A model generated the notes under the pieces. It ran no database searches. It saw nothing but the letters and a program-made list of their open reading frames with translations, and had not been told where the DNA came from. Positions 14,996 through 29,960 of a stretch of DNA of 64,000 bases are shown here, in pieces (positions within the stretch are counted from its first letter, which is position 1; the number at the start of each line of letters is the position of its first letter). A program made the translations under genes and the position numbers. The DNA lies in NCBI GenBank assembly GCA_964016885.1, contig OZ024765.1, forward strand, positions 5,394,001-5,458,000, in the 5' to 3' direction. The DNA is from Eledone cirrhosa. Taxonomy: Eukaryota.

Positions 14996-15071
14996 GCACA
15001 TACACACACACACAGACAGACACACACACACACACAGACGCACACACACACACACACAGACGCACACACAG

Positions 15072-15103
<32 letters not shown>

Positions 15104-15164
15104 GCACACACACATAGACGCACACACACACAGACGCACACACACACACACACACACAGACAGA

Positions 15165-15210
<46 letters not shown>

Positions 15211-15742
15211 GACACACACATTGTATTTCGGGTGGGTCATGTTGACTTTGAGAACAAAACACACGCACCAGCCGAGTTTCACTTTAGTTTCATTATAAGT
15301 TGGGTAACTAGAGAGGTAGATTGACAGTAGACTGGGTAGTGCCTAGTTTAACCGGCTTTACAGCATAGAGTTGCACCCCTTTACCTTCTGAGTTCAAATC
15401 CCACCGAGGCTAGCTTTGGTTTTCATCTTCACGGGGTCGATAAAATAAAGTACCAGTAATGTACTGGGGTCGATATGACTTTGCACTGCCCCACCACCAA
15501 ATTGTTGACCTTGTTCCTAAGAAACCATTATTAGCAACTGATCCTTTTCTTGGTTAGTTTAGTAACCGGATAATTGTTTAATTGTCAAACTTCTTTCGTC
15601 ACACCATCTGTGACCTTTTCAATGACGATTCTTGCACCTCTGTGTCTCCTCTTCGTTTTGATTTTATTCATTTACACTCTCTTGTTTTTCTGTAGTGTGT
15701 ATACAAAACAAAGGATATATACATATATATATATGTATATAT

Positions 15743-15799
<57 letters not shown>

Positions 15800-15862
15800 T
15801 AAAGTGGTCCTTCATCAGTGATCTTCCAACTATCATCGGTATTTCTTCGCTTTAAAGACCAA

Positions 15863-15922
<60 letters not shown>

Positions 15923-16699
15923 GCGCGCATTTATATATGTATCCACGCATACACATATATGTATTTGTGTGTGTGTATGTATATATATATATATGTGTGT
16001 GTGTGTGTCTGTGTGTTTTGTTGGACCTCAGTTGTTTTCGACGATGAGCGTTCCGGTTGATTTAATCAACAGAAAGCCTGCTCGTGAAATCAACGTGCAA
16101 GTGGCCCAGCATTCCACAGACACGTGTACCACCAATGTAGTTTTCGGGGAGATAAGGCCGACTCCTTAAATTACAGGTAAAACTCATTTCTTTGCTATGC
16201 CACCAGTGTGAACTGTAGTAACGTGAAATAGAGTGTCTTGCTGAAGGACACAACACGCCCGGGGGGCAAATTTTATGGGTGACAAAGGGAGCAATGCCCC
16301 CGGGCCCACCAGTGACGGCCGTAGCAATTTATTTGTGCCCTCTGCTGGACCTTTTAGTTTTATCCCTTTGACGAGAACTATATTTTTAACAAAAAGTATT
16401 TATTGTTCTGTGGCAAAGTTTATCAAATGTTTCTACTACCTGTGTGCAGTGGTGGACTGGGTCTAAAAATACTGGTTGCCAGGAGATAATGGCGGCCCAC
16501 CCATATATAGAATGCTATCATTTAATTTTTATAATGAATAAATAACATTTTCAAAAAATACATAAGTGAAAACAAAACAGTGCAACAAAATTTTTGCGGA
16601 AAAAACTGTGTATTTATTTTACTAATTATAATATATATATATATTAGTAAAAGGTAAAGTTTTACTAATTAAAATGTATATAATATTATATATAATGTA

Positions 16700-16892
16700 T
16701 ACATATATAAGTAAAAAGAAAATGCTGACAAATTGTTCCCAGTGAAAAATAGTTTAATTAGGAATAAGTAAAAATTAGTAATAAGTATTGGTTAGTATTC
16801 AGTTTTAGTTTTAAGTTTTACAGGTTGCGCATTTCTAATGCTTTTCAAGAATAATTTTGAGATAGAGCGCCCGTGATGTTTGCTCTAATCTC
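16700..16892 (-). mobile_element. Family I element (second copy at 43034-43222, +) with atypical hammerhead-like motif
   Basis: ~190 bp near-identical in inverted orientation to 43034-43222; carries TTGAAAA-gcat...atgc-GCAA-cc(g/t)GTA. Confidence 0.65.
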
Positions 16893-16909
16893 TATATACT
16901 GTACATATT

Positions 16910-17451
16910 GGTTTCTACTTTTGGAACAAGGCCAGCAATTACCCAGTACATTACTGGTACTTTATTTTATCGACCCCGTAAGGATGAAAGGCAAATTTAA
17001 CCTCGGCGGGATTTGAACTGAGACCATAAAGAGACGTAACTCTTTGCTGCAAAGCATGGCGTCAGACCCTCTACCGATACTGCCAATCCACCGCCCTTTA
17101 TATATACTGTAGATATTACTGGCAGTATACAGTAATACTAAATGTTAATACAGAATGTTATAATTGAATGTTTAAATAATTGTGAATGTATAGTGTACTG
17201 TTATTTAGAGTAGAGTCTTCAACTGACTGGCTTACCTTCTCAAATAAAAAAAATATAAAGTAGCCTGTGAAATATACACACCCACAGACTTACAATAATT
17301 GTTTCTACTTTTGCCACAAGGCCAGCAATTACCCAGTGCATTACTGGTACTTTATTTTATCGACCCCGTAAGGATGAAAGACAAAGTTAACCTCGGCGGG
17401 ATTTGATTTAAACTCAGAATGGCAAGGTCCGTAACTGTTTGCGTCAAAGCA
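16910..17451 (-). mobile_element. Two tRNA-derived SINE copies (~16910-17096, ~17295-17451)
   Basis: Same family as 10696-11076. Further copies at ~15345-15530(+), 18170-18243(-), 27637-27817(-), 32024-32132(+), 33724-33815(+), 34507-34652(+). Confidence 0.8.
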
Positions 17452-17649
17452 TACAATAATTACCTTTAGTCTCTCACACTCACAAAATATATATATCTGG
17501 GAATGTGTGTATATGTACATGTGTATATATAGATTTATATATATGTATACATACATATTTTCAGTCTCCCTAGTGTCTTTAGACTGTAGAACTGACCACT
17601 AATTGATTTTACATATGTCTTTAACCCATTGATATCAAAAGTTATTTGG

Positions 17650-17708
<59 letters not shown>

Positions 17709-17735
17709 TGTAATAAACAACATAAGGCAATTATA

Positions 17736-17791
17736 TCATTTACCAGTGTTTCTTAAAAGCAAAAAAATTTTGCTTTCAATCATCAGAATGA
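17736..17791 (-). ncRNA. Minimal hammerhead ribozyme (family C)
   Basis: Reverse complement: tcatt-CTGATGA-ttgaaagcaaa...ttgcttttaa-GAAA-cactgGTA-aatga. Confidence 0.65.
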
Positions 17792-17832
17792 GAAAATCCT
17801 GGCGTATTTATTGACGTTGGATTTTATAGAAA

Positions 17833-17883
17833 AGCTTCTACAGGACTAGAACTGTTTCATTCGTGAGAAATCATCAGGAAGCT
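17833..17883 (-). ncRNA. Hammerhead ribozyme, left arm of the 17825-17970 palindrome
   Basis: Reverse complement: agcttc-CTGATGA-tttctcacgaat-GAAA-cagttctagtcctGTA-gaagct. Confidence 0.7.
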
Positions 17884-17911
17884 GCCTGATGATTCGTGAG
17901 AAATCATCAGG

Positions 17912-17962
17912 AGCTTCCTGATGATTTCTCACGAATGAAACAGCTCTAGTCCTGTAGAAGCT
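17912..17962 (+). ncRNA. Hammerhead ribozyme, right arm of the 17825-17970 palindrome
   Basis: agcttc-CTGATGA-tttctcacgaat-GAAA-cagctctagtcctGTA-gaagct: 6-bp stem I, ACAG/CTGT stem III, GUA triplet. Confidence 0.75.
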
Positions 17963-18039
17963 TTTCTATATTAAAACATTTATACTCCGCTATGTATTGA
18001 GTACCTTACCTACTGTGGTTACCTCCGATTGAACCCGGG

Positions 18040-18155
<116 letters not shown>

Positions 18156-18393
18156 ACTGTTTTTATTTTATGCACAAGGCCACCAATTACTCAGTGCATT
18201 ACTGGTACTTTATTTTATCGACCCCGTAAGGATGAAAGGCAAAATATATATATATATAACGAAGGAAATGTGGTAAGGAACCAGATGGACCATAACGCAC
18301 CAAAGTACTCAATACTGAGGGTAGTAGAGTGGGTAATAGGAACAAGTAGGACGTCGAAACGGATTGAGCTCATCCCTCGGGGTCCTACTTGTT

Positions 18394-18439
<46 letters not shown>

Positions 18440-18440
<1 letters not shown>

Positions 18441-19107
18441 GTGTGTGTGTGTCCGTGTATGTATGTAACTCTGTTAGCACTACCAATCACTTATATATGG
18501 GATGATAAATACAAGTGGTGTGTATATAAAAACCATTAATCTGGATACCTAAATATGGAATGTTACGCGATGGGGCCCTCCCACAGCCCCGTCGGACAGG
18601 ACGAAGAGGGCGTTCCCACGGAGGACGGCAAGAGAGACGCGCTGGAAAAGCCACTCCAACTCGCGGGGTTGACACCCGCGGCTGGCCAGCTCAGCGCCTA
18701 TGGTGGTGAGTAGGGAGGTAGCCCTGGGGCCGAGGACACCAAAAGTCTCCACACCCGCGGCTGGCCAGCTCAGCGCCTATGGTGGTGAGTAGGGAGGTAG
18801 CCCTGGGGCCGAGGACACCAAAAGTCTCCACACCCGCGGCTGGCCAGCTCAGCGCCTATGGTGGTGAGTAGGGAGGTAGCCCTGGGGCCGAGGACACCAG
18901 AAGTCTCCACACCTGCGGCTGGCCAGCTCAGCGCCTATGGTGGTGAGTAGGGAGGTAGCCCTGGGGCCGAGGACACCAAAAGTCTCCACACCTGCGGCTG
19001 GCCAGCTCAGCGCCTATGGTGGTGAGTAGGGAGGTAGCCCTGGGGCCGAGGACACCAAAAGTCTCCACACCCGCGGCTGGCCAGCTCAGCGCCTATGGTG
19101 GTGAGTA
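18440..19107 (-). mobile_element. CRE-like non-LTR retrotransposon 3' fragment (RLE C-terminus) with a 79-bp internal tandem amplification
   Basis: ETFGVLGPRATSLLTTIGAELASRGCQPRELEWLFQRVSLAVLRGNA matches the ExxG...QRxSxAxxRGNA end of CRE-clade RLE domains; 79-bp unit repeated ~5.5 times at 18672-19107. Confidence 0.7.
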
Positions 19108-19239
19108 ACACTATCATATATTTTGGTTTCTATTAATTTCCTAGGGAATTGTTTGACCAACTGCTTTGCTTAATTGTTTATTTATTTATTTAAAAAATTT
19201 ATTCTTTCTCTGAGACATTTTTAAAAAGATATTTTTGGG

Positions 19240-19385
19240 GCCCCTCCCCAAACCTGAAGTGCCCCGGGACCCCTCTCCCAACCTGAAGTGCCCTGGGCCC
19301 CTCCCAAAACCTGAAGTGCCCCGGGACCCCTCTCCCAGCCTGAAGTGCCTTGGGCCTCCTCTCCCAACCTGAAGTACCCCGAGCC
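19240..19385. repeat. ~30-bp GC-rich minisatellite (CCCTCYCC...CCTGAAGTGCCC), ~5 copies
   Basis: Direct inspection. Confidence 0.8.
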
Positions 19386-19689
19386 TCACAAGGTTTAAAT
19401 CTGGCCCAGAACGCACCGTCCGGTCCGGGAATCGAACTCATGATCCTATAATTGTGAGTCCCACACCCCAACCACCAGGGCCGACTCACACCTGCTGGAG
19501 GTTCTAAGCTTTGTAATATTTGAGGTCCTTCTGTTAAAACAGTTCGGGTAAAATAATTTAAAATAATTATACAAAACTATTATTTTTTGTATCAATGATA
19601 GTATGTATGTGTATGTATGTGTGTGTGTGTATGTATGTATGTATGTATGTATGTATGTATGTATGTATGTGTATGCGTGTATGTGTGTA

Positions 19690-19928
19690 TGAGGTTAGCT
19701 GGACATGCTCACCGACATCCAGAGGTGACACTGCACTCAGTGCTCCTGTGGGAGCCCCTACATGGACACACTGGAAGAGGAAGACCAAGGTTAATGTATG
19801 TTGATGCCCCAAGGACAGACACTGGTCTCTTGGAGACGCAGGACATGGCAGCGATAATGAGGGACAGAGACTGCTGGAAAGAACTCGTCTATGGATCTCG
19901 GGAATTTTACCCGCCCTAGATAGATAGA
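19690..19928 (+). mobile_element. RTE-type LINE 3' end
   Basis: RLAGHAHRHPE...VLLWEPLHG..GRGRPRLMYVD...MRDRDCWKELV is a typical RTE-clade C-terminus; (TAGA)n tail. Confidence 0.75.
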
Positions 19929-19948
19929 TGTATGTGTGTGTATGTATG

Positions 19949-20540
19949 TTCTTTTGGTTTTATAATTTCACAAATGTTTACCAATAGAGAGAGAGTTGGT
20001 TTCTAACATAGACACAAGACTCTTTCATTGGAATTTACACAACATCAACTTGGAAGATATGTATGCATGTCTGCATGCATGTGTGTGCAGGCATGGATGT
20101 TATTGTATGTGTGGATGTGGATGTTTTGAGTTGTATGTGTGCATGTGTATATGCTTTGAATCTGTACATGTGTATATGCAGTTATTAGATGCATGTTTTA
20201 CATATGCAATGTTTTACATATTTTTACTGTTCCATTAATGGATTGTACTTGTAATTTCCTAACTAGTTGTGTTCTTTCTGTTCCTGTGAAGCCCAGCTTC
20301 TCAAGATTTGTATTGAGGCAGTTACTAACATACCCCAGTGCCCCAATAATCACAGGTATAAATCTGAAGGTGTAATCAGGGTGGAGTATCTGCAGATTTC
20401 TCATTAATTCAGCATAAATATTCTCCTTTTCACTAATCTTTGATATTATATTGGCATTTGCTGGGCAGTTAATTTCCACTACTGTGCATGCCTTCTTCTC
20501 CAAGCCCCATATCATAATATCTGGTCTTTTATACCTGCAT
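19949..20540 (-). mobile_element. R4/Dong-like RLE LINE 3' fragment
   Basis: RPDIMIW...VVEINCPANANIISKISEKENIYAELMRNL...[10 protein letters not shown]; 3' end abuts (TACA)n; homologous to 41590-42554. Confidence 0.8.
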
Positions 20541-20556
20541 GGTAGTAGTGGTGTTG

Positions 20557-20599
<43 letters not shown>

Positions 20600-21018
20600 C
20601 TACTGTTACAACACAGGTCAACCACCTGGAACAAAGCAGGAAGATAGTTTCAGTCCACCTGTTTGCTAAATGGACTATCGGTCCCTCTCACGCACACACG
20701 TATATACACACACCCACACTCATACACGCACATATATATATACACACATACATACTCATACACACATATACCCATACACACATACATGCACACATACACA
20801 CATACATGCACACATACCTATATATAAATATATATGTGTGTATATATGTATGTATGTATGCATGTGTGTGTAGGTATATATATATATATATATGCATACA
20901 CACACATATATATATAAACACACATACCTATATATATATAGAACGTGTAAACACTTTTTTAGTTTCCTTTATATATTTATAACCTTGGATTTGTTAGGAC
21001 CTAACGCCTAGTTTTAAC

Positions 21019-21118
<100 letters not shown>

Positions 21119-21164
21119 CATATATACATATACACATGTATATCAAATACATATATACATATAC

Positions 21165-21199
<35 letters not shown>

Positions 21200-21239
21200 C
21201 ATATACACATGTATATCAAATACATATATACATATACAC

Positions 21240-21280
<41 letters not shown>

Positions 21281-21325
21281 CATATATATATAAATATATA
21301 TATATTTACATATATATATATTTAC

Positions 21326-21386
<61 letters not shown>

Positions 21387-21477
21387 CAGTCGATCGACTT
21401 TCGTCAAATCGGACCGAGGAAACAATGTTTCCGTTGGTCTTTCCAATTGCTAGTAGACTCCAGGTAGAAGGAGCAAC

Positions 21478-21586
21478 GTGAAATAAAGTGTCTTGCTCAA
21501 GGACATAACGCATCGCCCGGTCCGGGAATCGAACTCACAACCTCACGATTGCGAATCCAATTCTCTAACCACTCGGCCACACGCCT

Positions 21587-21587
<1 letters not shown>
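21478..21587 (-). mobile_element. tRNA-derived CORE-type SINE 5' part (another copy at ~19405-19490)
   Basis: Minus strand: TGGCCGAGTGGTTAG A-box, GAGTTCGATTCC B-box, TGTCCTTGAGCAAGACACTT CORE-like motif. Confidence 0.7.
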
Positions 21588-21665
<78 letters not shown>

Positions 21666-21679
21666 ATATGTATATATGT

Positions 21680-22937
21680 ATTTGTATATATATATATATG
21701 TATATGTATATATGTATTTGTATATATATATTTGTATATGTATATATGTATTTGTATATATATATATATGTATATGTATATATGTATTTGTATATATATA
21801 TATATATGTATATGTATCATAAATCATGTCTACAGAATCAATCAGATATTAAAATATATACTATTTCTTCTTCTAATCAGCATAATTAAACATATATATA
21901 TATATGTGTGTATATGTATATATGTATTTGTATATATATATATATGTATATGTATATATGTATTTGTATATATATATTTGTATATGTATATATGTATTTG
22001 TATATATATATATATATGTATATGTATCATAACTCATGTCTACAGAATCAATCAGATATTAAAATATATACTATTTCTTCTTCTAATCAGCATAATTAAA
22101 CATATATATATATATGTGTGTATATGTATATATGTATTTGTATATATATATATATGTATATGTATATATGTATTTGTATATATATATTTGTATATGTATA
22201 TATGTATTTGTATATATATATATATATGTATATGTATCATAACTCATGTCTACAGAATCAATCAGATATTAAAATATATACTATTTCTTCTTCTAATCAG
22301 CATAATTAAACATATATATATATATGTGTGTATATGTATATATGTATTTGTATATATATATATATGTATATGTATATATGTATTTGTATATATATATTTG
22401 TATATGTATATATGTATTTGTATATATATATATATATGTATATGTATCATAAATCATGTCTACAGAATCAATCAGATATTAAAATATATACTATTTCTTC
22501 TTCTAATCAGCATAATTAAACATATATATATATATGTGTGTATATGTATATATGTATTTGTATATATATATATATGTATATGTATATATGTATTTGTATA
22601 TATATATTTGTATATGTATATATGTATTTGTATATATATATATATATGTATATGTATCATAACTCATGTCTACAGAATCAATCAGATATTAAAATATATA
22701 CTATTTCTTCTTCTAATCAGCATAATTAAACATATATATATATATGTGTGTATATGTATATATGTATTTGTATATATATATATATGTATATGTATATATG
22801 TATTTGTATATATATATATGTATATGTATATATATATATGTATATATATATATATGTATATGTATCATAAATCATGTCTACAGAATCAATCAGATATTAA
22901 AATATATACTATTTCTTCTTCTAATCAGCATAATTAA
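21680..22937. repeat. 210-bp tandem array, ~6 copies
   Basis: ATCATAA(A/C)TCATGTCTACAGAATCAATCAG...CAGCATAATTAA recurs every 210 bp together with a TA/TG microsatellite block. Confidence 0.95.
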
Positions 22938-23259
22938 CCATATACATAATCAAATCTAGCAAGCTTTAAGAATAAATTTTCTAACGCGGAAATCTCCGAC
23001 AAATAACTGACCGCAGCGAGTTCGCGTTATGTATATATATATGTATATATATATATATATGTGTATGTATGTATATATATATATATGTATGTATATATAT
23101 ATGTATATGTGTATATATATGTAATTATATATGTATATGTATATATATATGTATGTATATATATATGTATATATATATGTATATATATATATATATATCT
23201 ATATGTATATATATGTATATGTATATATATATGTATGTATATATATGATTATGTATATA

Positions 23260-23300
<41 letters not shown>

Positions 23301-23478
23301 ATGTATGTATATGTGTGTGTATGTATGTATATGTATATATATGTATGTATATATATATATATATGTGTATATATATGTATATATATATGTATATGTATAT
23401 ATATATGTATGTATATATATATATGTATATATATATGTATATATGTATATATATATGTATATATATATATCTATATGT

Positions 23479-23512
<34 letters not shown>

Positions 23513-23804
23513 ATGTATGTATATATATGTATATATATATATGTATATGTATGTATATGTATATATATATATGTATATGTATATATATATATGTATATGT
23601 ATATGTATATATATGTATATATATAATAATAATACTATTTATAGTTATGTATATAGTATAAGCAACTATAAACAGGAAGATCAGTAATTTCTTAAATACC
23701 TTATTACCAGTAAGAGAAAGAGCTCAATGTATGAACATCAGTTGTTTTACAGAGCAGTTAAATAAATAAATAAATAAATAATACAATTATCAAATTTGTG
23801 TTCC

Positions 23805-23871
23805 AATCATTTAATAGCTGATGACTCCAAATGAGAGTTTGGAAGAAACGATTGTCAGCTATTAAATGATT
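23805..23871 (+). ncRNA. Hammerhead-like motif
   Basis: atag-CTGATGA-ctccaaa...tttggaa-GAAA-cgattGTC-agctat; stem I overlaps the core by 2 nt, so probably defective; relative at 34168-34214 (-). Confidence 0.5.
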
Positions 23872-23887
23872 TGAACAATATATATAT

Positions 23888-23957
<70 letters not shown>

Positions 23958-23999
23958 GTGTATATTTATATATTTATGATATATATATGTGTATATTTA

Positions 24000-24051
<52 letters not shown>

Positions 24052-24109
24052 TATGTGTATATATATGTATATATGTATATATATATGTATATATATGTAT
24101 ATATATGTG

Positions 24110-24165
<56 letters not shown>

Positions 24166-24671
24166 TATGTGTATATATATGTATATATATGTGTGTATAT
24201 ATATATATGTATATATATGTGTATATATATATATATGTGTGTATATATATATGTGTGTATATATATATATTTATGTATATATGTATATATATGTGTATAT
24301 ATATATGTATATATATGTGTATATATATATATATATGTGTGTATATGTATATATATATGTATATATATATGTATATATATGTATATATATATGTATATAT
24401 ATATGTATATATATATGTATATATATGTATATATATATGTATATATATGTATATATATATGTATATATATATGTATATATATGTGTATATATATGTACAT
24501 ATATATCTGTATATATATATCTATCTATATATATATATATATGTATATATATATCTATCTATATATATATATATATATGTATGTATATATATGTATATAT
24601 ATATGTATATATATATGTATATATATATGTGTATATATATGTATATATATATGTATATATATATGTATATA

Positions 24672-24792
<121 letters not shown>

Positions 24793-25989
24793 TATGACAC
24801 TTTCGCTTACCTCGGAAATCCGAGATGAGATAGGTTTTCCTCCCGGAATACAAGGAAATCCTAGGATGTCATAGAATATGTTATATATGTATATATACGC
24901 ACAATGTATATATATTTCATAGACTATGACCATTTTAAAGTGTATGTTAGAATTTCCGCCCTTTTAATTATTTGCCCGCTCCTGTATTATCATAAACGGA
25001 TGTTACCGTTCAAAACATTTCACTTCCTTTGAGTGTGTGTGTGTGTGTGTGTAAGACAACATTATACATGTATGTATGTGTGTGTAAGACAACACTATAC
25101 ATGTATGTATGTGTAATCACCAAACAGCACACGTGGTTGGCAAGACACAGGCTGACCATGATGATCTTTTGCCGTGGAGGCCAGATAACTATATTTGTGG
25201 TCTGTGGCAAAATCTTCTGTTGTACTGAAAAAGGTTTCCCTCGAATAGACTTGATTGTGGCCGCCATATTGTAAGTGTACAATTTTGTGAGAAAACGGGC
25301 GGCTCCTGGCTTAAGAGCCATTTCCACAATCGAGTACTCGTTAAGAATTTGAGGAGTTTATTGAATGGAAGTGTGTGCCATTGCATAGAGGTAGCGTGCC
25401 CACATTTCTCGAAAAGATGATGGAAGTTCAAATATTTTGTTATTCTATGTAGATATATATAGATAATTGTATATAAATGTGTGTGTGTAAACCAGCGTCT
25501 GGATCGTGTGTTTAATTCTCTGTGTATCGCATTAAATATTTACGTAAAGATGTGTGTGTATGTAACACACACACACACACACACACATATATACAAAATG
25601 TGACGTCGTCGTCATGTTATGAAATAACCTTTTACTTATAGTTGTCTATATACATATATATATATATATATATATAATGGACTCTCACGTCGTATATCAA
25701 CGTATGAGGGTTCAATATTCATCTCAGTTCATATTTTATGGCTATGCCTTAAATGGCACTTCAGTCCAGCTGGTGATACCGCAACAAATTTTCATTTAGT
25801 GCAGGTGGCAGGATTTTGAGCGGATCTTCATATTAAAGCTTTTATATTGCGGTAATTTAAGTGTTTATTACGCAGTATTGTGTTTGCAGCATTTCACTCA
25901 ATAAATCATTGTGTAAGCACGGTTAAGCACTCTTCGTCCGTAGTGTATATCCGAACATATTTACACAAACGTCTCCTAACGTTTATTCC

Positions 25990-26074
<85 letters not shown>

Positions 26075-26149
26075 GTTTAGCAACACGTTTCCACTTAAAA
26101 ATCGTGTGTAAAAACAATGAGAAATGCATGTTGGTTACACACACGCGCA

Positions 26150-26219
<70 letters not shown>

Positions 26220-26543
26220 GTATATGGACAGTAATATCAGAGTTTTCCAATATAGATCCTGGTAAAGATGAGAGGAGCTCTATGCTATCCAATCCAGTTT
26301 CGACATTAAACATATGTAGAATTAAAACGATCTTTTAAATAAAACTAGGCTCTATTTACACACACACACACACATATATATATATAAATATATTATATGA
26401 TATATATATGTATATATATATTATATTATATATATATATGTATATATATATTATATTATATATATATATATATATATACATGTATATATACCCACACATA
26501 CATATACATATACGTATGTATACACACGCACACACACACACAG

Positions 26544-26576
<33 letters not shown>

Positions 26577-26582
26577 TATGTG

Positions 26583-26613
<31 letters not shown>

Positions 26614-26698
26614 GTGTATATATATATATCTGTATATATATATATCTGTATATATATATGTGTGTATATATATATGTATATGTGTGTATATATATATG

Positions 26699-26751
<53 letters not shown>

Positions 26752-26806
26752 GTATATATATATATATATGTATATATATACATACATACATACATATATA
26801 TATATG

Positions 26807-26886
<80 letters not shown>

Positions 26887-26915
26887 CATATATATATATA
26901 TGTATATATATATAC

Positions 26916-26974
<59 letters not shown>

Positions 26975-27001
26975 CATATATATATATGTATATATATATA
27001 C

Positions 27002-27033
<32 letters not shown>

Positions 27034-27047
27034 GTATATATATATAC

Positions 27048-27158
<111 letters not shown>

Positions 27159-27163
27159 CATAC

Positions 27164-27202
<39 letters not shown>

Positions 27203-27223
27203 CATACACACACATATATATAT

Positions 27224-27300
<77 letters not shown>

Positions 27301-27988
27301 GAAAGTTGGCTGATTGATTGAAAATCTGGCAACTTTTTCTTAACAGGTGTAAAGCACTCCACGGTTTTTGTTCACCCGGAGTTTTATTACAATAATAAAC
27401 AGGATAGACTGTTTCATCAGTACATCCCTATTTATTCTGTTATACGTATTTCAAAGACGTATTTCAATAGACTAACAATACATACATACCTCACTAGGAA
27501 TCTAGCGATCAATCTGGTAACTTGATACCCTAGCCAGTTCACAAGGATCAACGCCAAATGGAATATCTATCTCCAACACATATAAGAACTGTTACTTGAG
27601 AATTTCAGACATGCTTACTGGAAGGTGAAGGGAATAATAATTGTTTCTACTATTGGCACAAGGCCAGCAATTATCCAGTACATTACTGGTACTTTATTTT
27701 ATCGACCCCGTAAGGATGAAAGGCAAAGTTAACCTTGGCGGGATTTGAACTCAGACCGCAAAGGGACGTAACTATGCTAGAAAGCATGGCGTCCAACCCT
27801 CTACCGATACTGCCAATCATGACTGGTAACATATCAATGGATATTTACATCTCGTTTGGATATTTGTCTGAAGAGAACTCGGAGAGCAGATGTTATACAA
27901 CTGCCTTACCTCTTTTAAATACGTATAACAGAATGAATAGGGATGTACAAATGAAACCGTCTTTCTTGTTTATATATATATTATGGTG

Positions 27989-28020
<32 letters not shown>

Positions 28021-28224
28021 TGTGGTGGTGATAGTGGTGGTAGTAGTATTAGTAGTAGTGGTGATAATGGTGGTGGTGGTGGTAGAAGTAGTAGTGGTGG
28101 TGGTGGTGGTGGTAGTAGTCGTAGTAGTTAGTCACTCCTATGTTTTCATGAGTCAACGTCCGAACACTTCTCCGTCTCTTCCTTTCTCTTTCTTTCTCTC
28201 ATTCTTGAACACTGACTTTTTTTA

Positions 28225-29960
28225 CAACCTCCAACAATGACACCACCACCACCACCAACAATGACACCACCACCACCAACAATGACACCACCACCACCAA
28301 CAATGACACCACCACCACCACCAATGACACCACCACCACCACCACCAACAATGACACCACCACAACAACAACACCAACAACCGCCACCACCATCAACCAT
28401 ACCCTCACCAACACCAACAATGACACCACCACCACCACCAACCACAACAACAACACCAACAACCATACGTCATAACAACACCAACCACAACAACAACACC
28501 AACAACCATACGCCACCACCAACACCACCACCACCAACCATAACAACACCAACCACAACAACAACACCAACAACCATACGTCACCACCAACACCACCACC
28601 ACCAACCATAACAACACCAACCACAACAACAACACCAACAACCATACGTCACCACCAACACCACCACCACCAACCATAACAACACCAACAACCATACGCC
28701 ACCACCAACCATAACAACAACACCAACAACCATACGTCACCACCAACACCACCACCACCAACCATAACAACACCAACCACAACAACAACACCAACAACCA
28801 TACGTCACCACCAACACCACCACCACCAACCATAACAACACCAACCACAACAACAACACCAACAACCATACGTCACCACCAACACCACCACCACCAACCA
28901 TAACAACACCAACCACAACAACAACACCAACAACCATACGTCACCACCAACACCACCACCACCAACCATAACAACACCAACAACCATACGCCACCACCAA
29001 CCATAACAACAACACCAACAACCATACGTCACCACCAACACCACCACCACCAACCATAACAACACCAACCACAACAACAACACCAACAACCATACGTCAC
29101 CACCAACACCACCACCACCAACCATAACAACACCAACAACCATACGCCACCACCAACCATAACAACAACACCAACAACCATACGTCACCACCAACACCAC
29201 CACCACCAACCATAACAACACCAACAACCATACGCCACCACCAACCATAACAACAACACCAACAACCATACGTCATAACAACACCAACCACAACAACAAC
29301 ACCAACAACCATACGCCACCACCAACACCACCACCACCAACCATAACAACACCAACCACAACAACAACACCAACAACCATACGTCACCACCAACACCACC
29401 ACCACCAACCATAACAACACCAACCACAACAACAACACCAACAACCATACGTCACCACCAACACCACCACCACCAACCATAACAACACCAACAACCATGC
29501 CCCCCCACCTCCACCACCAACCATGACACCACCACCAACAGCAACAACACCAACACCAACAATGACACCACCAACAACCATACCCCACCACCACCATCAC
29601 CACCAACCATGACACCACCACCATCAGCAACAACACCAACACCAACAATGACACCACCAACAACACCACCAACAACCATACCCCACCACCACCATCACCA
29701 CCAACCATGACACCACCACCATCAGCAACAACACCAACACCAACAATGACACCACCAACAACACCACCAACAACACCACCAACAACCATACCCCACCACC
29801 ACCTCCACCACCACCAACAGCAACAACACCAACAATGACACCACCAACAACCATACCCCACCACCACCATCACCACCAACCATGACACCACCACCAACAG
29901 CAACATGGACATCACCACTACCAACCACAACACCAACAACCACCAACAACAATAACGCCC
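28225..29960. repeat. CAC/CAA-rich minisatellite with recurring AACCATACGTCACCACC (~68-bp units)
   Basis: Direct inspection. Confidence 0.85.

Noticed and set aside
25115-25435. Coding-like unique stretch on the minus strand
   Set aside because: No recognisable family, in-frame stop, no clear splice sites.
27298-27975. Inverted pair (27395-27455 / 27915-27972) with CTGAAGA...GAAAccGTC around a SINE
   Set aside because: Probably the same class of element, but stem I does not pair and stem II is unclear, so no ribozyme call.
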